A DNA stretch of 64,000 nt from Octopus vulgaris (lineage: Eukaryota): NCBI GenBank assembly GCA_951406725.2, contig OX597828.1, positions 36,332,001-36,396,000 on the forward strand. The letters run 5' to 3'. Positions 38,481-47,755 of this stretch are shown piece after piece. Under the pieces are notes generated by a model. It was not told where the DNA came from and did no database searches. It saw only the letters and a program-made list of their open reading frames with translations. Position 1 is the first letter of the stretch. Each line of letters opens with the position of its first letter. The position numbers and the translations under genes were made by a program.

Positions 38481-38569
38481 AAAAACTAAGCAGAGTCGTT
38501 AAAAACAACAACCCATTTTTATGAGCAATTTCCATGAATGATTAAACGAAACAAGAAGCGTGTTGTCAG

Positions 38570-39506
38570 CAGGGCCGTCGCTAAGCCCCTGTAACCCCTG
38601 CGGTCGCAGGGGTCCTCCGCGGTTGATGGGGCCCCCATGTTAATATCAAAGTACCTAGATGAGTCATCTATTTACTTTTACGCTATTACTTGTTTCAGTC
38701 ATTTGACTGCGGCCATGCTGGAGCACCGCCTTTAGTCGAGCAAATCGACCCCGGGAATTATTCTTTGTAAGCCCAGTACTTATTCTATCGGTCTTTTTTG
38801 CCGAACCGCTAAGTGACGGGGACGTAAACACACCAGCATCGGTTGTCAAGCAATGCTAACACACACACACATATATATATACATATATACGACAGGCTTC
38901 TTTCAGTTTCCATCTACCAAATCCACTCACAAGGCATTGGTCGGCCCGGGGCTATAGCAGAAGACACTTGCCCAGTGGGACTGAACCCGGAACCATGTGA
39001 TTTGTTAGCAAGCTACTTACCACAACAGCCACTCCTACTTTGGTTAAGATGTTGAACAAGAATTAAGCTATGTTAAGAGAAAATTTCAAGAAATAAAATG
39101 GTAATACACTGTACCTGCAAAATTCTTGTAAAAATATTACATTGTGTCACCAACGTGTATCAGTCTTTGTGGATTGTCTGTGATATCTATCGAATACGAA
39201 CTTAGCTCTCAGATTGATTATTTGATGATTTCGTGAAGGGAAAAGTGCGCCGTGTTTGTCTTTGAAAGTTGCCTGGATTATAAAAGTGCTCTTTTATTCA
39301 TATCTGGAAGTTTTACTTATTGAAATTTGTAATAGAGCTAAATAAATTTAACTTGTACTTGATAACGAGAAATATTGAACTTCAGATGGCATAAAGTAAA
39401 ACATAGCTATGAATAAAAGGTGCATATATTATGAATTTTGATTGAAGGGATGGGACCTTGAGACAAAAAGTTGCAGGGGGCCTCTAAAAGTCACACGACG
39501 GGGCTG
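38570..39506 (+). mobile_element. Non-autonomous hAT element with exact 8-bp TSD
   Basis: GTTGTCAG|CAGGGCCGTCG ... CGACGGGGCTG|GTTGTCAG; internal LCGLSVISIEYELSSQIDY..DDFVKGKVRRVCL* resembles the hAT C-terminal dimerisation tail. Confidence 0.85.
38670..39037 (-). mobile_element. Family A CORE-SINE nested in the hAT element
   Basis: Near-consensus copy. Confidence 0.9.
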
Positions 39507-39529
39507 GTTGTCAGCAATGAGAACCATCA

Positions 39530-39952
39530 GGCGCAGGAGTGGCTGTTGTGGTAAGTAGCTTGCTAACCAGCCACATGGTTCCGCGTTCAGTCCCACTGCG
39601 TGGCATCTTGGGCAAGTGTCTTCTGCTATAGCCCCGGGCCGCCGACCAATGCCTTGTGAGTGGATTTGGTAGACGGAAACTGAAAGAAGCCTGTCGTATA
39701 TATGTATGTATATATATATATATGCGTGTGTGTGTTTGTGTGTCTGTGTTTGTCCCCCTAGCATTGCTTGACAACCGATGCTGGTGTGTTTACGTCCCCG
39801 TTACTTAGCGGTTCGGCAAAAGAGACCGATAGAATAAGTACTGGGCTTACAAAGAATAAGTCCCGGGGTCGATTTGCTCGACTAAAGGCGGTGCTCCAGC
39901 ATGGCCGCAGTCAAATGACTGAAACAAGTAAAAGAGAAAAGAGAAAAAGAGA
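39530..39952 (+). mobile_element. Family A CORE-SINE, young full-length copy
   Basis: GGCGCAGGAGTGGCTG start to AAAAGAG-repeat tail. Confidence 0.9.
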
Positions 39953-40066
39953 TTGAAAAGCAGAACAGAGTTTGTTGAACGGAAACGCCAAACTACAAGA
40001 CCGATCAGCTGATAAAGCCGACTCGGAATTTGGGATTCCTTTTTTTTTTTTATGTACTTCATTGTG

Positions 40067-40300
40067 AAAGAACGTGGCCTAGTGGTTGTTAGGGTGATGC
40101 ACTCACGAGTTCAAGATCATGGTTTCGGTTCTTGGACTGAACAGTGCGCTGTGTTCTTGAGTAAAACACTTCTTTTCAAGTCGTTCCAGTACATTTAGTT
40201 GGAAAATGAATAACCTTGTGATGGACTGGCGTTCCATCCAGTGAGTATATATTAGGATTTCGGTCACTTGTAACCGGCCCCATGACTCCTAGAATTCGCG
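40067..40300 (+). mobile_element. tRNA-SINE with family D head and V-domain-like body
   Basis: GTGGCCTAGTGG, GGTTTCGGTTC, GTGTTCTTGAGTAAAACACTT, then TGTGATGGACTGGCGTTCCATCCAG. Confidence 0.55.
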
Positions 40301-40369
40301 ACAGTACTTACTTTTTTCCTTTTGTGCGTCTTTGTTTAAAATTACTTTTTTTTTTTTTTTTTCGACTAT

Positions 40370-40573
40370 AGGCACAAGGTCTGAAATTTTAGGGGTGGGG
40401 GTGGATAAATCGGTTACATCGATCCCAGTGTTTCACTGGTACTTAATTTATTGACTCCGAAAGGATAAAAGGCAAAGTCAGCATCGGCGGAATTTGAACT
40501 CAGAACGTAGCGACGGGAGAAATACCACTAAGCATTTCGTCCAGCGTGCTAAGGATTCTGCCAGATCGCCGCC
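40370..40573 (-). mobile_element. Family B Meta-SINE
   Basis: Reverse complement of head and Meta domain. Confidence 0.8.
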
Positions 40574-40632
40574 TTTTTTGTTGCTTTATATTAATGGCTA
40601 TAGACGTTAGCGGTAATGTACTTGGCCACAGT

Positions 40633-41128
40633 GAAGGCGCATGGTTTAGTGGTAAGGGTAGTTGGATCACAATCGTAAGGTCACGAGTTCGATTCCTGGC
40701 AGCGTGTTGTGTCCTTGAGCAAGGCACTTCATATTCATATTGCTCCTGTCCACTCAGCTGGCAAAAGTGAGTATTACCTGTATTTCAAAGGGCCAACCTT
40801 GTCACATTCTTCGTCACGCTGAATCTCCCTGAGAACTACGTTAAGGGTACACATGTCTGTGGAGTGCTCCGCCAGTCAGGGCCGGCTCAAGGTACCGGCA
40901 ACTCGGGCAGTCGCCCGGGGCGCTATGCGCTAGAGGGCGCCAAGGAGAGCATGACAAAGACAAGGAAATTTCCGCAACTGTCAGCTTGTACCCGCCGAAA
41001 TTCAGCTTGCCCGGGGCGCCAGCAACCCTGGGGTCGGCCCTGCAGTCACTTGCACGTTAATTTCATGAGCAAGCTGTTCTATTGGTCTGATTAACTCGAA
41101 CACTCATCATCGTAACCGACGGAATGCC
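40633..41128 (+). mobile_element. tRNA-derived SINE (family D) interrupted by a hAT MITE
   Basis: GAAGGCGCATGGTTTAGTGG, GAGTTCGATTCC, GTGTCCTTGAGCAAGGCACTT; body matches 25190-25350 (-) and 51633-51790 (+). Confidence 0.8.
40877..41042. mobile_element. 166-bp GC-rich hAT (Tip100-like) MITE
   Basis: CAGGGCCG ... CGGCCCTG TIRs, repeated GCCCGGGGCGC subterminal motif, degenerate 8-bp TSD (CCGCCAGT / CAGTCACT). Confidence 0.8.
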
Positions 41129-41331
41129 AGTTAAAGAAAACCCTGGCCACCAAGTCCACAGATCTTAGCAATAATGCACTTTGTTCGCCTGGTCTATAAA
41201 CATTAGCAACCATGCACTTCAGAAAATTGCAGTTTCTAACCGTTATCCACCCAAAGGTTCCGTTATTTAGCAACGCGTGAGTGTCACCGTTGGTCACTGA
41301 AGGACTCTTTCGCTGAAACTTTACATATACC

Positions 41332-41562
41332 TATTTCTTTACTACCCACAAGGGGCTAAACAGTGAGAGGACAAACAAGGACAGACAAACGGATTAAGTC
41401 GATTATATCGACCCCAGTGTGTAACTGGTACTTATTTAATCGACCCCGAAAGGATGAAAGGCAAAGTCGACCTCGGCGGAATTTGAACTCGGAACGTAAC
41501 GGCAGATGAAAAACCGCTAAGCATTTCACCCGGCATGCTAACGTTTCAGCCAGCTCACCGCC
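41332..41562 (-). mobile_element. Family B Meta-SINE with TSD
   Basis: TACATATACC on both flanks. Confidence 0.85.
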
Positions 41563-41870
41563 TTATACATATACCATGCTGCTTCTCATGGCTTTACCTG
41601 TAAAGTAGTTGGTGTTAGGAAGGGCATCCACCCGTTGAAACCATACCAAAAGAGACATTGAAGCACAAGGCAGTCCTTGGACCCATCAGATCCTGTCAAA
41701 CCATACCAGCAAACAAGCCATGCCACCATGGAACACAAACTTTATATAATGGTGTGATGGTGGTGGTACTGGTGGAGTGACGCATAAATGTGTATATACA
41801 ATAATCCCTCGCCATATTGTGGTTCATCTATCGTGCACTCAGTACATAGTGGATTCTTCTGGCTAATATA

Positions 41871-43165
41871 TTGGGTTGGCAACTAAATTCCCGCCATCTT
41901 TATAAATTTAATTTTTTAAAAAGGTTTAATAAAAAATAACAATCAATAATGTATTCACTCTTGTTGTTTACAACTTCTTCCCAACGTTCAACATGGTTTT
42001 TCAATACCTCGTTGATAGAAATCACCCGATATCGACTTGAAACATTGATCCAACCAAGCTCTCAATTCTGCAGCAGTATTGAACGAAACTCCGCTCATAG
42101 TATTTAAAAGATATCGAAAGAGGTGCAAATCTGTTGGTGTCAAATCAGGAGAGTACGGCGGGTGTGGCATCCATGCGTTTGAATGGCTTCCTTAGTCATA
42201 CTACCGATATGAGGGCGGGCGTTGCCGATTAGGCCTTTTCTCTTGAATAGCCGTGTTGAGTCGTTCCATCTGCTGAATATAGAGATCCGCGCTGACTGTT
42301 TGGTTCCATTCAAGCAATTCGTAATGGATAATCCCTTCCCAGTCCCATCGTTTTACGCGGATGAAGATCTTGTTTTACGCGCGGTGTCGCTTATTTACCA
42401 GGGCTAAGCTATTCCTTACGCTGCTTCATATTGATGTACAGGCACCGTTTTTCGTCGCCAGTAACGATTTGGTAAGGAAATCGTTGCTTGTGTCCATGAG
42501 TTGAGACGTGACGAACAAGCAAACCAGCGGAGATTGTAGCCCGTTGATTTTTATTGTCACTTAAAGCATGCGGAACCCATGCTCCATACTTCTGAACCTT
42601 TCCCATCGAGTGAAGATGCTTCTCTATAGCAGTATAGGAGCATTCAATTTTCTCTGCCAGTTCCCTTGTCGTTTGACGAGAATTTTCGTGTAAAAGTTGG
42701 TTTAATCGCTCTTCATCGAACTCAACTGGAGGGCCAGAACCAGGTGTGTCTTAGAGGTCAAAATTTCCATTTTTGAACTTGGCATACCAATCACGAGCGG
42801 TTCTTTCAGCTATGGCACCCTCTCAATACACAGCACAAATGTCACGAGCAGCTTTTGTGGCCTTAGAACCTTGATTAAAAGCAAAAAGAAGGTGGTATCG
42901 AAAATGCTCGTTTTTCTTAACTTGACATTCCATTTTAATGATCTGAAAATAAGCAAAAAATAACTAAAATTAACTAGAAAAAAAACCCAAAACAAAACAA
43001 ATTCCAAAATGATTCAAAAATAGAATTCTCGAAAAAAAATAGATTCCAAAATTTAAAAACGCAATAAATTCCAAAATTTAAAAACGCAATAAATTCCAAA
43101 ATTTAAAAACGCAATAAATTCCAAAATTAAAAAAAATAACGGCGGGTACTTAGTTGCCATCCCAA
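41871..43165 (-). mobile_element. Mariner transposon, near full length (1295 bp)
   Basis: TA|TTGGGTTGGCAACTAAATTCCCGCC ... GGCGGGTACTTAGTTGCCATCCCAA|TA (22/25 TIR match); short tandem repeat ATTCCAAAATTTAAAAACGCAATAA in the 5' UTR. Confidence 0.95.
41941..42933 (-). pseudogene. Mariner transposase pseudogene
   Basis: MECQVKKNEHFRYHLLFAFNQG...WVPHALS...IVTGDEKRCLY...PHPPYSPDLTPTDLHLFR...ERWEEVVNNKSEYIID; stops, frameshifts and short deletions. Confidence 0.95.
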
Positions 43166-43980
43166 TATGTAAATTTATATCGAGGACTCCTATGTATATC
43201 GCGGACCTCTGCGGCCGATAAGTATTTATATTTATATTTTTTTTAGATTTTAATTAGTTCTGTGAGAGGTTTTGGAACGTAAACCCACGATAGTTGCGGG
43301 ATTACTGTACATATATTATATTGCATTGCATTATATCATATTACATTAAGTTATATCATATTATATTATGAGTTCAAATTCCACCGAGGTTGACTTTGCC
43401 TTTCATCCTTTCAGGATCGATAAAATAAACACCAGCTGAGCTCTGGGGTCGACTTAGCTCTCCCTTCAAAATTTCTGTCCTTGAGCCAAAATTTGAGACC
43501 CCTATATTATATTATTGCGACGGACCTGCGCCCCGTCTTGGTGGGGAAACCTATACGCCAATGAAACCTGGAAACCAGCCTTTATGAGCCAGGCATGGCT
43601 CTCGAAGGAACAAACAACATATATTATATGATATATGAGCTGTGTGAGTGTATATATCAGGGATTGCGCAGTTATCTAGTGGAGTAGATTTCGTCATAAC
43701 TGCATGAGAAAAATTATGTAACACGCAATACTTCAAACGAATTGTTTAATTCTATTGAAGGATTTATATTTAGCTATGCTGTCAGATAATTAAGAGGTTA
43801 TATAACCCTAGAGAAATGTTGGCCTGACAACTGAAGATTGGGAATCCATAACAACGAATGATTATTTCCAGATGTCTTTCTCTAGTTCTCCTCTCTTTCT
43901 CTTTCTCTGTGTATATGCGTATATATAAATACATATATATGTGTGTATGTGTGTGTGTATAGACACATATATATGTACAT

Positions 43981-44015
<35 letters not shown>

Positions 44016-44016
<1 letters not shown>

Positions 44017-44806
44017 GCGCCATGCTACAGGGTAGTGAAACATGGGCTGTGACTGCTGAGGACATGCGTAGGCTTGAAAGAAATGAAGCTAGTATGAAAT
44101 ACTGGATGTGTAATGTCAGTGTGCATACACGACAGAGTGTAAGTACCCCGAGAGAAAACTTGGACAAAAGAAGCATCAAATGTGGGGTGCTAGATAGATG
44201 ACTGTGCTGGTATGTTCATGTGTTCCGTATGAATGAGGACAGTTGTGTGTGGAAGTGCTACACCCTAACAGTGGAAAGAACCTGTGGAAGAAGTAGACCC
44301 AGGAAGACATGGGATGGAGTGGTGGAGCATGACCTTCGAACGTTAGGCCTCACAGAGGCAATGACAAGAGACCGAGACCTCTGGAGATATGTTGTGATTG
44401 AGAAAACCCGCCAAGTAAAGTGAGATCGCAGCCATGGTCGATGCCAATGTTGCGTGATCAGCCGGGTAATATGATATGCTTGAAAGGACCTGTTGAGTCA
44501 AGTAAAATCGAAATCGAAATCATAGCCATGGCTAGTTCCACCTGACTGGCCTCTGTGCCGATGGTACGTAAAATGCACCATCCGAACGTGGTCGGTTCCA
44601 GTGCCCCTTGACTGGCTCCCATGCCAGTGGCAGGTAAAAAGTACCCACTCCACTCTCAGAGCGGTCCGCGTTAGGAAGGGCATCCAGCCGTAGAAACATT
44701 GCCAGATCAGATTGGAGCCTGGTGCAGCCTACTGGCTTGCCAGACCTCAGTCAAACCGTCCAACCCATGCCGGCAGGGAAAGCAAACGTTAAATAATGGT
44801 GATGAT
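44016..44806 (+). mobile_element. 5'-truncated RTE LINE (RT C-terminus 44016-44423 plus 3' UTR)
   Basis: AMLQGSETWAV..LERNEASM..R*LCWYVHVFRMNEDS..GRSRPRKTWDGVVEHDL..DRDLWR, followed by the repeat-bearing UTR and GGAAGGGCATCCAGCCGTAGAA tail. Confidence 0.9.
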
Positions 44807-44904
44807 ACAGTTCTATATTTAAGAAATGACGAATTATGTACATTATTTATATTATTTACATTATTTACATTTGACGGATATTTGTCCTCATCTTGTTTGT
44901 TGTT

Positions 44905-44950
44905 AACACAACATTTCGGCTGATATGCCCTCCAGCCTTCATCAGGTATC
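44905..44950 (-). ncRNA. Minimal type I hammerhead ribozyme motif
   Basis: GATAC CTGATGA A GGCTG-10nt-CAGCC GAAA TGTT GTGTT. Confidence 0.65.
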
Positions 44951-44960
44951 TTGGGAAAAT

Positions 44961-45039
44961 ATGCCCGCGAGCATATGGCGTAGTGGTTAAGAGCACAGGC
45001 TACTAACCCCAATATTCTGAGTTCAATTCCAGGCTGTGA

Positions 45040-45042
<3 letters not shown>
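44961..45042 (+). promoter_or_regulatory. tRNA-like internal Pol III promoter
   Basis: A box TGGCGTAGTGG 44976-44986, anticodon-loop-like CTACTAA, B box GAGTTCAATTCC 45019-45030; no intact acceptor stem. Confidence 0.65.
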
Positions 45043-45111
<69 letters not shown>

Positions 45112-45160
45112 CATCGAAAAATACCCTAGGAATGAGAACCCAGGTTCAAAATTTCCTCAA

Positions 45161-45206
45161 GACACCTGATGAAGGCTGGAGAGTATATCAGCTGAAACGT
45201 TGTGTT
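45161..45206 (+). ncRNA. Minimal type I hammerhead ribozyme motif
   Basis: Stem I GACAC/GTGTT, core CTGATGA 45166-45172, stem II GGCTG/CAGCT, GAAA 45194-45197, palindromic AACGTT stem III. Confidence 0.75.
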
Positions 45207-45299
45207 AGCAACAAAGAAGATGACGACAAATATCCGTTGAATGTAAATAATGTAAATAATATAAATGATAGTGATGATGATGATATATTTATATGCTTG

Positions 45300-45722
45300 A
45301 TGCTGGTGTCATGTGACTGGCACCCATGCTAACAGCACGTAAAAAGCACCTTTTGAGAATTGGGCCTCACGGAGGCAAAGTGGATGAGCTCCTTTCAACC
45401 TTTCAAGTGTTGGGCCTCATGGAAGCAATGACCAAGGCCTTTGGCATTATGTCATGCTTGAGAAGAAGATGCATTAAGCCGAGCAAAATCACAGTCATGG
45501 CAGATACCAGTGTCACGCAAATGGCACCCATGCCAGTGGCACGTAAAAGCACCCATTACACTCTCAGAGTGGTTGGCATTAGGAAGGGCACCCAGCCACA
45601 GAAACCATGCCAAATCAGACAAGAGTCTGGTGCAGCCTTCCAGCTTGCCAGCCCTGGTCAACCCATTCAACCCATGCCAGTATGGACAACAGATATTAAA
45701 CGATGATGATGAGGATGATGAT
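45300..45722 (+). mobile_element. RTE 3' end / UTR fragment
   Basis: LGLMEAMTK ORF-end remnant, GTGGCACGTAAAAGCACC unit, (GAT)n tail. Confidence 0.75.
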
Positions 45723-46498
45723 ATCTGTGTAAGAGAAGGGTTTTTTATTATTTCTTACACACACACACATATACAATACATATATATACAAGGCACTCAT
45801 AGTTGAGTGCTTGAGTATTATCGTATAGCTTCATTGAAGCAAGTGCATTGCATTTTGTTGCAGAAGCAAGTGTAAGCTAATGCAGTTCATAGCATAATTG
45901 TTTTTTTCCTTTATCATCTTAATTTCTTATCATTGCTTTGTACTCGACTGGTACTTTGTCCTGAAACATATATATATGTATTGAGTTCAAGATTGTTGCC
46001 ATCTGCTTTCTTCACGCGAGGTTAGAATGAATGAGAAAATTTATTTTGGCAGCAACAAGAAAGAACAAAAGAGGGGCAAGTTTTGACAAAGGTGTAATTA
46101 GTATAATGCTTCAAAAGAAAGAGGATGGGTCTCTAACGTTTTGGACACTAGTCCTTCTTCACAAGACAGAAAAGAAATAGGGAAATGTAATGGGAAGAAA
46201 AATAAATGTTTAGGGGCCAGCTGGATATGCAGTTGTATGGGGGGGGAGTTAGGAAGAGGCAAGGTGTTGTATACATGTGTAAGAAGGTATTGGCATAGAG
46301 GTGTGTGCATAGAGGGTGGTGTATGATCTGTGGGAGGTGTGGTTGGTTGCTAGGAGTATGTGGAGGTATGCAATGTGGAATAAGGAGTATATATATGGTG
46401 CCACACAATGGAATGGAACTCTAAGCCATGTGGTTATGAAGTAAACTTGTCTACCACCCAGCCACCACCAATTGAAGAAGTTTTTGGTCATGATGTTT

Positions 46499-46920
46499 CA
46501 TCATCATCATCGTCATTTAACGTCTTCTTTCCATGCAGGCATGTGTTGAATGGTTTGACTGAGGACTGATGAGCTAGAGGCTACACCAGACTCAATCTGA
46601 TCTAGCAAAGTTTCTACAGCTGGATACCCTTCCTAATGCCAACCACTCCGAGAGTGTGGTGGGTGCTTTTATGTGTCATCGGCACGAGGGCCAGTCAGGC
46701 GGTTTTGGCAATGACCACACTCAAAAGGTGTTTTTTATGTGCTACCTGCATGGGAGCCAGTCTGGCAGCACTGGCTATGACCATGCTCAAATGTTGTTTT
46801 TCATGTGCCACCAGCACATGTGCCGGTAAGGTGACACTGGCAATGATCACACTCGAATGGTGCTTTTTACGTGCCACTGGCAAGGGAGCCAATCCATGAC
46901 CCTGGCAACGATCATGCTTG
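46499..46920 (-). mobile_element. RTE 3' UTR fragment with tandem units
   Basis: (ATC)n, GGATACCCTTCCTAATGCCAACCAC and about four GGTGCTTTTTACGTGCCAC-like units. Confidence 0.75.
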
Positions 46921-47540
46921 GATGTTTATCTATTGAAAAAAACACTCATAGCAGCTACAGAAAACATGTGAGATTATAGTAAGCTTTCTTATAGACACCA
47001 ATGAAAGCTGTCTTCTGCATTTAGAGAGTTGTAATGATTTTGCCTGTCTGAGTCCTATAATCCCATTAAGATGGAACTAATCCTGTTTCCATTGCATTTA
47101 AGTAGTTGACAGTGCAAGACTCTGACCTGAACAGGACACCAATTTATTACAGAATTAAACCATTTCCTTGGCTTACTACTGGCACACTCTTTTTCCTCTG
47201 AGAGAAATGGAACATCTTTAAATGAAGTGCCTTGCTGAAAACCACAATGTACTATTTAGTCTGAGAATCAAATCCATGCCCTTACCAATCATTGCCTTCG
47301 ATTACAATGATTATTATCATCATAATTTAATGTCTGTTTTCTATGCTGGCATGGGCTGATTGGTTTGCAAGGATCCAACAAGCTACATGGCTGAAATAAA
47401 CCCCAGTGTCATCTTTGGCATGGTTTCTATGGTTTGATAACCTTCCTAATATCAACCACTTTACAGGGTGTACAGGGTGCTTTTTCCAAAATGATGAAAA
47501 TATTTGCAAATCAAATTTGTCTTTATTAAGCTTATGTTTA

Positions 47541-47755
47541 AGGCAGTGAGCTGGCAGAGTCATTAGCAAGTCGGACAAAATGCTTAGTGGTATTTTACCC
47601 ATCGCTAGATTCTGAGTTCAAATTCTGCTGAGGTCAACTTTACATTTCATCCTTTCAGGGTCAATAAAATAAATACCAGTTGGACTCTGGGTTTGATGTA
47701 ATCGACTCATCCCCTTCCCCAAAATTTCTGCCCTTGTGGCAAAATTTGAAACCAT
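47541..47755 (+). mobile_element. Family B Meta-SINE
   Basis: Head, B box, Meta domain and second tail type. Confidence 0.8.

Larger units (their letters stand above)
41799..43307. mobile_element. pogo/Tigger-like MITE split by the mariner
   Basis: TA|CAATAATCCCTCGCCATATTGTGGTT ... AACCCACGATAGTTGCGGGATTACTG|TA imperfect TIRs. Confidence 0.6.
44807..45270 (+). mobile_element. Non-autonomous tRNA-headed, hammerhead-bearing retroelement with an inverted 5' copy (Penelope-like architecture)
   Basis: Inverted arms 44845-44960 and 45151-45266 flank a tRNA-like head (44961-45042) and (AAT)n (45044-45108); sits in the (GAT)n tail of an RTE copy. Confidence 0.7.

Noticed and set aside
37673-38524. 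283-aa hydrophobic ORF
   Set aside because: Translation of a CT-rich polypyrimidine tract.
44961-45042. Functional tRNA gene
   Set aside because: Acceptor and anticodon stems do not pair, and there is no oligo-T terminator; it is a tRNA-derived head. The same applies to the other SINE heads.
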